Positions 11,411 through 21,678 of a stretch of DNA of 64,000 bases are shown one piece after another. Under the pieces are notes generated by a model. It was given only the letters and a program-made list of their open reading frames with translations, was not told where the DNA came from and did not search any database. The position numbers and the translations under genes are program-made. Origin of the DNA: Gekko japonicus (lineage: Eukaryota); the NCBI RefSeq assembly GCF_001447785.1, contig NW_015165305.1, positions 274,415 through 338,414 on the forward strand, in the 5' to 3' direction. Position 1 is the stretch's first letter, and each line of letters starts with the position of its first letter.

Positions 11411-12183
11411 GCTGTGTGTATTCTTTATGTACTCAGACTAACAGTGGGCACAGATTGCAGGTAGCTCCACTGGTTTGAAGACAAAATTCTGAAACAAAAG
11501 CCATATAATAGGTTGGATGCAGCTACCTGTTTCACTCCAGACTCACCCCCCATTCTTTTCTTTACTACAGCCCCTCTTCTACATAGCATTTATACATGCA
11601 AGTCCCATAATGATCAACACAGTCTTTCTGGGTGGTCAAAAGGGACCCCTCCTTTCTTAATGCCCAATGCTTTTTTATTTGGACCAGTTAAGTTATCATA
11701 CAATGATGTTAGTTCTTTTTATAAGGCTGGATGTTAAAAAAATGGGGCAGGGAGAAAACTTTTCATGTAAGCTGACTCAGAAGCTTGCACACCTTTTTTG
11801 TGATATTTTGGTTGGTTCAGATAAAAATCACCAGTGAACTTGACTTCAGTGGATTTAGAAAGGAGTAATTCTTCTCAGAACTGCACTGTACATGATTTAA
11901 AAAAAATATGGGGCATAAAATGCAACATCCAGAGCGTATGGGGAGAAGCTCAAATAGCTAAAGGAGAGCACAGGGTTAAGCAGGATTATCAGTGGTCAGG
12001 AGGCAGGTTTTCAGCAACCTGCATATTCTTTGTTGCTTCCAATAACTAGCAGAAGTAAAACAGATCATGCAGAACAATAAAATGGGTTAAATAGCTCACA
12101 TAGATGCAGAGTTAGGTGCACCTGAGATCAACAGGGGTGTACCAACCTCTACAAGAATTAAGGTACATGATGTATAATGTGTA

Positions 12184-12528
12184 AAGGTAAAGGTTCCCTT
12201 GCTCGAAAGCCAGTCGAATCCGACTCTAGGGTTGCGGTGCTCATCTCCGTTTCAAAGCCTAAGAGCCAGCGCTGTCCGAAGACGTTTCCGTGGTCATGTG
12301 GCCGGCATGACTAAACACCAAGGCACACGGAACGCTGTTACCTTCCCACTGAAGTGGTCCCTATTTATCTACTTGCAATTTCTTGCTTTCGAACTGCTAG
12401 GTTGGCAGGAGCTGGAACTAGAGACGGGAGCTCACTCCGTCATGCGGCACCTGGGTCTCGAACTGCTGAACTACCAACCTTCCACAGCCTGCAGTTCAGC
12501 GTCTTAACCACTTGAGCCACTGCAGCTC
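12184..12528 (-). mobile_element. Sauria SINE, full length
   Basis: (ACCTTT)n tail at left and tRNA-like head at right; TSD aatgtgta at 12176-12183 and 12529-12536. Confidence 0.95.
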
Positions 12529-13287
12529 AATGTGTACAGTATAAGAAATTCAGCTTTCCTCTGAAATGCATTTGGATTGTCCTAATGCAGAATGTTGATC
12601 CCCCCCGAAGTGCAGAGAACGGGTTGGTTCCAGACAGATTTTCTGTTGGTGAAAAAGGAAGGAGAGGGTTTCATTTGGCCACCAAAAAGCTACGCTAGGG
12701 ATCATGAGACCTGCATGAATAAAAACTCCTGTACTACAGGGCTGTAATAGATAGGACTAGGGCAAGATTTAATGAAAAAGCTAGCTCAATTCTATTCACT
12801 GACTTCTGGCAGAATTTTGCTTTCCCGGATAAAGAACTTTTGGATTACGATTTGCAGAACAGCAATCAAATGCAAAACCCTCGGTGGCTCGCTGAGCTTC
12901 AACCAAGTCCCTGGAGATGTGAGCAAACGAGGAATGCTCTTTGCACTGAACCCGCTCCTGTTCCCTTTTCTCAGACCCAGCATAACTGGTGCAGGTCATG
13001 GCAACCCAGTTCTAGATCTTGGCAGTGATAATGAGGTTTCTTAGCAGTCACTGATCCTTGTGCACACAGATGGACAACATCAGCCTGGTCTCATAATGGC
13101 CGGTCAGCAGTCAGTCCTACTATCCCCGACTGGACCACCCAAGATGTTTGGCAATGCAATGTCTCCCCTTGTCCCGGACTGATAACAGTCCCTGATAATT
13201 GTCTGAGGCAGTTACCAGGTCTGTACACCACCATTCAATGCCCACGACACTTGTCTTGGGCTGACAGATGTCCAACAGGTGTCTTGG

Positions 13288-14659
13288 TTAGCACTCCTCC
13301 TGTCCTGTGCTATTTTGATGTCCATCCAGTGGGTGGGGCAGCAGGCTGGGGTCAAAGAGGGGTTCCCCGACCCAAAGGCGTGCAGCGAAGATATGCCGGC
13401 AAGGCAGCTGGTGAGCCATATAAATAGAACAGCTGCAAGTGGCCAGGTCCTGGCTCACCAGAAAGGAACAGGTGCTCCCCTCCAGGAGGTACCCGTCAGG
13501 AGTGTCCTTGAGCTCGTAGCGCGCATGGGGCACCAGGTCTAGTTCCTCAGCTACCAGGTCAGCACTGTCAGGCGGGCAGACGGTCTGGTATAGTTCAACC
13601 ACTGGTGCCACATTTAGCGTCGAGGTCTCCACGTGCAGGGCCTGGAGGTCCAACAGACCCTGGACACAGGCGGCCAGTGCCATGGGGAGATTGAGTGTTG
13701 CCAGCAGCTTGCGGCGGTGCATGCTAAGGTGGTCAAGGAAGGGGCATTCTTGGTTCTTCTCAAAGGCCCAGCACTCCACCCACATACCTTTGTGGGGGTG
13801 CCAGCGCTCCAGGAAGTACTGAAGGAAGGAGAGTGGAGCCACATCTTCCAGGTCACTCAGATACTGGCTATAGACCCGTGGCGAATCAGCATTAGCCAGG
13901 TTGAGCAGCAGATTGCGTATCTGGTCTTCCTTGGGGACAGCCAGTTCACAGGCCTTGCGGTAGAGCGTCTCCAAGACCTGCAGGCGGCAAATCTGCACCC
14001 GGGCGCACGGCAGCACCTCCTCTACAGCATCAAGGCCTGTTACACCACCCCCGACGGTCACAACTTTAACCTGCAGCTTGATGTCTGGGGCACTCTGCAC
14101 CAATGAAGCCACAATGAATATGAGCAGGTCAGGCAGCCCCTGGCGTGCTAGGCAATAGGCTACCTCCCGCCCACGCCCATTGGCATCCTGGCACAGCACC
14201 GTGTAGAGCTCAAAGTCTGCATTGAGGCAGGCAGCACGCTCCAGGAAAAGGCGGGCTGGGAAGCGCTGCACCAGTTCGCGCATGCGTGAGGTGGCCAGGA
14301 AGATGCTGTTGAGGATGGCCACATCCTCCTGGAACACTAGTTTAACTTTCGCAGCTGGATCTGCCTTGAAGAGTCCATCCAGAACGGCCAAGAGCTCGCA
14401 CATGCCCTTGTCTTTGGCTTTGCTATAGTCCTCTAGGTTCCAGATAAGATCAGGTGCCAGGAAGCGCTTGGAAATGCTGTTGGTGATGCGGATGGGCAGC
14501 CCCAGGCTCGCTCTCAGCTGGTGTCGCTTGAAGTGGAGGGCAAACTCCAGCTCAGACAGACGGTGGTTGTGCTCCAGGTTGGCCTCGATCACCACCAAAC
14601 GGTCTTTCTTGGGGCCCAGGCGGAGTGTGATGGAGGCTGGGCAGTCGATTTTCTCACTG
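13288..14659 (-). CDS. ZSWIM9: ZSWIM9-like protein, large last exon (MULE-derived domain plus SWIM finger)
   Basis: CPASITLRLGPKKDRLVV..HNH, LPIRITNSISKRF, AKVKLVFQED, SLVQSAPDIK, LPCARVQICR and SWIM CSCSIYMAHQLPCRH match human ZSWIM9/C19orf68 as remembered; acceptor ccttgcag| in phase 2; adjacent to LIG1. Orthologue versus paralogue is unresolved. Confidence 0.9.
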
Positions 14660-14769
14660 CTGCAAGGGGGAAGATTAAAAAAAAAAGGAGTCAGTCCACT
14701 TGGCAACAGAATGCTCCAGGAGGCAGCCCATGCAGCTGACCCAAACCTTCAACTTCGACCTACAATGAC

Positions 14770-14976
14770 CAAATGCTCCCTCTAAGCTGTGGAGTCTTGT
14801 GAGCAAAAATTCTACTTTGTGAGCTACCGGCATTGAAGCTGTGAGCAAGCGATTTGGCTGTTGCATAAATTCGTTTGCTCTGGAGCCCTCCTTCCTGAGA
14901 TAGGACAAAAATCTGTGAGCCGGAGGCTAACAAACTGTGAGCTAGCTCACACTAACTCAGCTTAGAGGGAACACTG
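14770..14976. mobile_element. hAT MITE family A, copy 2
   Basis: Same TIRs; 8-bp TSD acaatgac at 14762-14769 and 14977-14984. Confidence 0.93.
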
Positions 14977-15162
14977 ACAATGACACAACCGTCACTACTG
15001 CGCACTCCGCCTCTGAGGAAAAATGAAAAGCATCTGAAGTAGTTTGCAACTGTGAGCTGGCTCACACAAACTCAGCTTAGAGGGAACACTGACAATGACA
15101 CAACCGTCACTACTGCGCACTCCGCCTCTGAGGAAAAATGAAAAGCATCTGAAGTAGTTTGC
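14933..15162. repeat. Tandem duplication, 2 x 115 bp (MITE right end plus flank)
   Basis: 14933-15047 and 15048-15162 differ at about 2 positions. Confidence 0.92.
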
Positions 15163-15305
15163 TCCTGCTCAAAACTTCAGTTATTAAAAACATGACAAAT
15201 GGATTATAACTTCAGAAGTGTTCATGTAAACAAAGGCAAAGAGGATTAAGCAGTTGTGTAGGGTTTACTGAGAAAAGCATGGCTGAATTTTGCATGGTTT
15301 CACAC

Positions 15306-15674
15306 GTTTTCATACAGCTGTACACATCCATCCTTCAGCACAAACTAAACAGTCCTCAGTGACATTGTTCCGGGGTCTTCTGCTCTATTTTCTAGGGAAG
15401 AAGTAGCCATTTTTTCTTACGTGAATTCCAAAGTATCAAGAGAATGAATTTAAACCAAAACTTAGGTTTTACGATTTATATACCGCTCTGACCCGAAGGT
15501 ATATAAAGGTTTTCATACAGCTGTACACATCCATCCTTCAGCACAAACTAAACAGTCTTCAGTGACATTGTTCCGGGGTCTTCTGTTCTATTTTCTAGGG
15601 AAGTAGCAGCCATTTTTTCTTACGTGAATGCCAAAGTATCAAGGGAATGAATTTAAACCAAAACTTAGGTTTTA
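15306..15674. repeat. Direct duplication of about 166 bp separated by a 37-bp spacer
   Basis: 15306-15471 vs 15509-15674 with a few substitutions. Confidence 0.92.
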
Positions 15675-16021
15675 TTTGAGCAGGCTTGCCAGGGTTTGGT
15701 TGTTTTGTTTGGGGAGAAATTGGAATCCCCCCTTCCTTCCATTCCTACCCAGTTTAGAAGAAGAAAAACATCTGTCTTGTTTTCATTGAGGTTTGATGCA
15801 TACATATTTTGCTCCTCAGAGACATGATTGCATCAGTTCCCATTGCTATAAAGGCCACCTGAACAGCTTGTTGCCATGGCGAGAGGAGGGGGCCATCCTG
15901 GCTCACATTCTTAGACCTATACCACAACAGGCTGCCATTTTGTTTTGGCACAATGTGACACTTGACAGGGCTTGGCTCCCAGGGATTTCCTACCCCTCCC
16001 CAGATACCAAAGCACACTTAC

Positions 16022-16269
16022 AGGCGGTTGCGTTGCACCGTGCTCTGCCCCACATAGGTCCCACTGTGCTTGCAGATGAGGCGCACAAAACGGAAGCGGA
16101 GGATTTCGGCCAGGCTGGGTTGATGGTGCAGGGGGTTCTGGCGCAGTGAGATCAGCGGCTTCAGGCTGGCGACGATGAAGAGCACCTTGTGCTTCTCGCA
16201 CCAGTCGTCGATGAATGTGCTGAACTGGTGCCAAGTGTGGAACTCCCGGCCCAAACCCAGGTCCCCCAT
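16022..16269 (-). CDS. ZSWIM9: ZSWIM9-like protein, first coding exon
   Basis: Strong Kozak gtcgccATGG; FHTWHQFSTFIDDWC resembles human FFSWAEFSRFFDAWC as remembered; donor CT|gtaag; exon acceptor at 16302-16303. The spliced CDS is 1620 nt (539 aa). Confidence 0.9.
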
Positions 16270-16555
16270 GGCGACTGTGACAAAACCTCAAGCCAGTCTC
16301 ACTGCAACAAAAAGGAGAAGAGGGAGAAAATGAGAACATGCCGAAGTTCGAGACCAAGAAACAAATAAAACTCCCCTGCCAAAGGCAGAGGTTCACAAAT
16401 CAACTCACCACCTTAGGGCGAGTTTATCATAAAATGTCACCAAGGTGTGGAAAAAAGAGCACCACAAAATGAAAAATAATTCCTTCCATAATTACTGAGT
16501 CTTATAAGGCTGGATCCAGCCAGCCTTTTCAATGAATCTTACTCAGCTCTCTTCC

Positions 16556-16815
16556 GAAGAGGAAGAGGAGGAGATTGGATTTATACCCCACCCTTCACTA
16601 CCCAAAGGAGTCTCAGAGTGGCTTACAATCTCTTTTCCCTTCCCCTCCTGTGAGGTAGGTGGGGCTGAAAGAGCTCTTTTGAGAACTGCTCGTGAGAGAA
16701 CAGCTCTGAGAGAACTGTGACTGACCCAAAGTCACACCAGCAGTTCAATGTGGAGAAGTGGGGAATCAAACCCGGTTCTCCCAGATTAGAGTCCACGCTC
16801 CTATCCATTACCCCA
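16556..16815 (-). mobile_element. tRNA-derived SINE, Squam3-like
   Basis: (GAA/GAG)n-gattggatttatacccc...ggggaatcaaacccggttctcccagattagagtcc; same family as 21397, 27457, 47700 and 51866. Confidence 0.85.
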
Positions 16816-16899
16816 AACAGTCTCCATCCCACATGGCTTTTGAGCATGTAGGTCCCATGATCTCCACCACAGCTAGTTGGCTCCAACTCATAAACACGA

Positions 16900-17085
16900 G
16901 GTAGGATCCAACCAGTTTTTCTGCTGGTGAAAAAGAGATGAGGGGACCCCTTTGACTTGGACAGAGAAACCCCTCTATGCTGGGAATTTTGGGGGCCTCA
17001 TGGACAAAAGCCATGTGGAACAGTAGGCTGTAGTAAAGAGAAGAACAGGGTGGGATTGAATGGAAAAGCCGGCTGGATCGAAACC
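16900..17085. mobile_element. Representative of an abundant ~180-bp MITE-like family with ggttggatccag...ctggatccaacc ends
   Basis: Related copies at about 11510-11700, 12621-12790, 16507-16890, 22012-22190, 28040-28150, 34425-34710, 60160-60313, 60340-60488 and 61545-62025. Superfamily not established. Confidence 0.75.
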
Positions 17086-17826
17086 ACAATCGTATTATGA
17101 ACCTGCTTGTTCATTAAGTTCTTATGGGAAGGACTGGAATTTCAAAATGTGCAATCTTTTAGGTAAATTATGAAGTCTTGAATACAAATAAGAAAATTGG
17201 TATAATACCTGCTGAGTAGAATATACTTGGAAGACTACATCCCAGCCTCAAACATTCACTTTACACCAGGGATCACAAGCAGCACTGACAAGACAGATGC
17301 TATGCCTATTAAAGCAGATGCTTTTTCTGTGAATTAAGGAGGCTTGCTGCCCTGCAGAGTAGAAGTAAACACAAGGAAAAAAAGACACAATCATGCATAA
17401 AGTAGCAAATACAAGGGTATTACAGAGCATAAGCATGGAACTGAAGCCCATAACACCACTGGAAGTTCCTCTGCTTTTATGAAGCTGCTCTTGCTTCAGA
17501 GTAAGGATTTTATTCCCGTATAGCTCTGCACTCGGTAAGACATCCAATGGTACAACGTGCTTCTGGGATGTACATGCAAAAGGGGTGCACTGCAGTTTTC
17601 AGATCCAAGTTGAGAACACATTAATAAACATTTGCAGTGTGCAAGCCTGGTTGCAGGCTGCTCTGAATGTCAGGAAAAGCTTGGGGAGAGTATTTTAAAT
17701 AAATAACGATGATCAGACAGGTTGAAAAGTCATAGGCACAGGTTAAGAGAGGTACCTGATGTTTAATGCATCTTTTAGGTACTTGTACATTAGGACAAAT
17801 TTACATTGTTTTAATTACTGTACAGT

Positions 17827-18172
17827 GAGCGGTGGCTCAAGTGGTTAATATATTGAACTGCAGGCTGTGGAAGGTCAGTAGTTCAGCAGTTCGAGACTCG
17901 AGTGCCGCATGATGGAGTGAGCTCCCATCTCTAGTTCCAGCTCCTGCCAACCTAGCAGTTCGAAAGCAAGAAATTGCAAGTAGATAAATAGGTACCACTT
18001 CGGTGGGAAGGTAACAGCGTTCCGTGCGCCTTGGTGTTTAGTCATGCCGGCCACATGACCACGGAAACGTCTTCGGACAGCGCTGGTTCTTCGGCTTTGA
18101 AACGGAGATGAGCACCGCAGCCCTAGAGTCGGATTCGACTGGCTTTCGAGCAAGGGAACCTTTACCGTTTAC
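17827..18172 (+). mobile_element. Sauria SINE, near full length
   Basis: ggtggctcaagtggttaa...cctagcagttcgaaagc...aacctttacc. Confidence 0.93.
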
Positions 18173-18329
18173 ATTAAATTGACCCATACATACAGATGTT
18201 CAAAATGTGAATCCCCCCCACATACGAGTATGCATGCACGCATGCATACACTATCTGTCTCGTCTGTCTATGCTTGCACAGGATAAGTGCATTTATTGAT
18301 GCATGGGTGTTAGTGTCCACCAGGCTAGC

Positions 18330-18810
18330 CCAGATCCGTGGGCCCTGGGGTCCGTCGCCAAGGTTTTCCGGCTGCAGAGGGCACCTCCGGCCATCTCTGG
18401 GCTCCGAGCCCCCGTTCCCCCAGCAACCCAACCCCGGATCAGACCCGTACCTGTAACCTGAACCTGGCCGGCTGCCTCCCTCCTCCTTCTAGCCGCTCCG
18501 GATCTTTGCCTGCCCCTGCAAGCAGGCCCCCGCGCGCAGCGAAACCAACCCGGGCGCTCCGTCTTGCTGATTCCAGCTGGGCGAGCCTCGAGCTCCGTCT
18601 GCTGGAGCTTCCAGCAAAGCACTTCAGTCGGTTGCTAGCATTGCACGACTTGCGGCTGGGGGTATGTGTGATCACAGACCGGAATCGCTGAGGGAGGAGG
18701 GGAGATACCAGCTCGGAAACCAGGAAAAGATGACAAGAGCGGAGGTCCAGCACATCTTTCTCAGTGGAGTAGGTCTGGAGTAGGGTAAGGGGAGGATGCC
18801 GCCCGGCCCA
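18330..18810 (-). promoter_or_regulatory. CpG island; probable promoter and non-coding exon of the ZSWIM9-like gene
   Basis: CpG-dense; candidate donor CAG|gtacgg at 18451|18450; 2.1 kb upstream of the first coding exon. Confidence 0.65.
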
Positions 18811-19479
18811 GGGCATGTGCACAGTGTTTTCTCCTCCCCACTGAGAAAGTAACAGCTCACACCTCTGGGAAGGGGAGGGGGGTTAAGGATTTTCAGATCT
18901 TAAGGAATGGCTTCCCCGAAAGGTTCGTGAAACCCGGTACCTCATTTAAAAAAAACAACACAATTATTTTAAAGCGAGAGATGATTTACCATAAAATGCA
19001 TGTTGGCGGTATGCATTCAGTTGTTCTTTTTGCATTTTTAAACGCGGGATGTATCCCCCCTTTGGGTCTCAGCGAGAAAGGCGGACTACAGATCAACAAA
19101 CCTCGGACGTGTGCAGGATTGGGCGGTAGCCATCCAATTGCGAGAAAATCTGCTTTGTACCGAACAACGAGTTTTGAGACTAACCCTAGGCTCAAAACAA
19201 CTTGCAAGTTCCTACATGTAACCCAGGAGGGTGTGTGTTTCTGTTTTTATGGACGTTTTATTTATCAATGGAAGGGATCTAGGCATCATTCAATCCAGCT
19301 CTTTTTCAATTCCAGTGTATCCCCCTAGTCAATGCAAATTGTATTACCTACATAAATCCGGTTTGCGGGTTTTCTCACCATACAAATGCCGCAATGGAGA
19401 AAGCTCCATTTGTTGATTTCCTGCCTGCTGTGCAGATGCTAAATGCACAGGGAACTCAGTCAGCAGATGTCTTTTGCAC

Positions 19480-19850
19480 GTGCTCGGCAGCGCTTTCACC
19501 TTCAGCCGAGGACCGACAACCAAAACAGATGCACTGACGGCGGGGAGGGGGGGGAATCAGTGGAATAGAGGGGTTGGCAACAGACCGTCGCCAATAACAA
19601 CACGTGGTACAGGATTTTAAAAAATCACACACTGACCCAGACGGAGCAGGAGGGCGAAGGGTTAGCCCCGCCTCCTTTTCAGAGGAATGACAGGCACGTC
19701 GACCACTCTCTACGGCGCTTTCGGGAGGAAAAGCTCTTGGTTAAGAAGCACAGGCGGGGTGGTGCGAGTTCAGAGACCGTAGTGACTGCACTGAGGGGTG
19801 AAATCGGTGCATGGGCTGGCAAGAGCTGATCTGTGCAAGTTGCAAGGTGA
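19480..19850. promoter_or_regulatory. Second CpG-rich promoter-like segment
   Basis: E-box CACGTG at 19601-19606, GC boxes (ccccgcctcc, ggcggggtgg), and candidate donors on both strands (about 19498 minus, about 19846 plus). Confidence 0.5.
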
Positions 19851-20574
19851 GGCAAGGAAGCAAAGAGGTGGACGGGAAGAGGTGGGGGAAATCCTTAGGA
19901 AGAGGTGGAAGAGTTGTTTTTTGTGGGAGATGGCAGGATTTTGTGCAGAGAGCGGGGGTTCGGATGTGCGTGAGAAGGAGAGGCCGAATTTATTAGGGGC
20001 AGGGGCTATTATCCTTCAATGTAAGGAGGTATAATCTGTGGAGGCTGCAGGCCTGTAGTTAAAAGGTTACTTATTCAGAACATCTATTTAACTTTTGAAT
20101 TGTGCCCTGCCTGGAGATAACGGCAGTCATATTTTTCAGTTCTTAATGTGGCTTTTTCTGAGATGCACAAAATTCCTCTTTTCAGATCTCTGCGTTTTAT
20201 GGATGATTCGTGTTGGATCGTGACCTAAATATTTTTTTCCCCTCCTTCGGTACAAGACAGAATCGCTTAAACAGTTTTCATCAGAGGCTGAAATCTTAGA
20301 AACCAAATGCGGTTCCAGGTCTGCCCATAACTCCAGGTTAGCAATGTCCTCTTTATGGGTCCAGGATCCTGGAGGTGGTGGTGCGGACGCTGCTTTGAGT
20401 GCAGTCCATGACAGAAAAAGACATTGTGCTTGGCTAAAAAGAGAGAGATGTTTTGGGTGACAGGCAAGCCCTTGAAAGTGGCTGTGTCAAAGTGAGAGAG
20501 CTGGGTCTTCCCAGCACCCTTTCCGTGCATGTCAAATCTTGCTTTGCAGTTTCGGTTGAAGGTTTCTTTCCTAC

Positions 20575-20829
20575 AAAAGGTAGATCGCCATTTTCATCAA
20601 GAGCTGAGGGACATCGGGAGCACGAGCCCATGATGGCAGCTGGGTCTGAGGGCCATTGCCCACTGGCAGCCCTCAGGTATGACACAACTGGGAGCAATGC
20701 CGCCAGCCTGCTAGGGATCTTTGGTGCAGCTACCAGGACGCTAAAGATCAGAACTGGCGCTATGGCCCTGGTTGGCAGGTGTGGCAGTACTCTGCAGAAC
20801 TGGATTGCCATCCAAGGGTACTGGAGTGA
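20575..20829 (+). pseudogene. Degenerate Myb/SANT-like (trihelix, ZSCAN29/Harbinger-type) domain relic
   Basis: Frame 20683-20829 reads HNWEQCRQPARDLWCSYQDAKDQNWRYGPGWQVWQYSAELD; it is preceded, after frameshifts, by LAALRYD and IAIFIK. Confidence 0.6.
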
Positions 20830-21396
20830 AAAGGGCAGCGGGCACAATGAGGGCAAAAGGGCAAGGAGGAACCCAGCACTGGAACTCTGTGCCAGAGGAT
20901 CAGTAGCATCCTGCATATTATCCCACGCCCTTGCACCAGTCTAGGTAGAAACCCTAGGCAGGGACTCTGGCAAGGTTGGCAGAATGCAGATGCCTGAGCT
21001 GACAGCCAAGACAGACAGTCCTATTTTTTTTTAAATTTTTCCATGCTATTGCATTGTGGGAAATGGGAAGGTCTTGGGGAAGCATTGCACTGATGAACCT
21101 ATTGTTTGGGAAATATATATATATTTTATTGTTTGAACTGCCTGTCCAGTAATTTAATAAAGCCTATTTCTAAAATAAGAATCATATTTCCTTGGTAGGT
21201 CACATAAGGCAGTGGCTTTGTGTTTTTAAGTCTATATTCACAGCACAAGGACTAGAGACGTCATTTGTAAAAAGGCAGAGTTTCTCAGGATGCCGAATTC
21301 TGTGCATTGTTCTGTCACCTCACAGTGCAAAACACAAAGCCCTGCTTACCATTGAGGTGAGCAGCAGCTGGGCCTTGGGTCTGTTTCTGTATTTAG

Positions 21397-21678
21397 AGGA
21401 AGAAGAAGAGATTGGATTTATACCCCGCCCTTCACTACCCAAAGGTGTCTCAGAGCGGCTTACAAACTCCTTTCCCTTCCCCTCCCCACAACAGACCCTG
21501 TGAGGTAGGTGGGGCTGAGAGAGCTCTTGACAGAAACTGCTCTTTTTTCAAGAACAGCTCTTATCAGAACTACGGCTTACCCAAGGTCATCCAGCCAGGT
21601 GCAAGTGGAGGAGTGGGGAATCAAACCTGGTTCTCCCAGATTAGAGTCCGCGCACTTAACCACTACATCAAACTGGCT
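21397..21678 (-). mobile_element. tRNA-derived SINE, Squam3-like, full length
   Basis: GAA-repeat tail through ttaaccactacatcaaactggct head. Confidence 0.9.

Noticed and set aside
13633-14785. Plus-strand ORFs opposite the ZSWIM9-like exon, and ORFs antisense to the SCAN exons
   Set aside because: Antisense shadows of GC-rich coding sequence.
20281-20400. Minus-strand peptide GSWTHKEDIANLELWAD resembling helix 1 of a Myb/SANT domain
   Set aside because: Short, on the opposite strand to the better relic at 20683, and with no following QCR motif; it may be chance.
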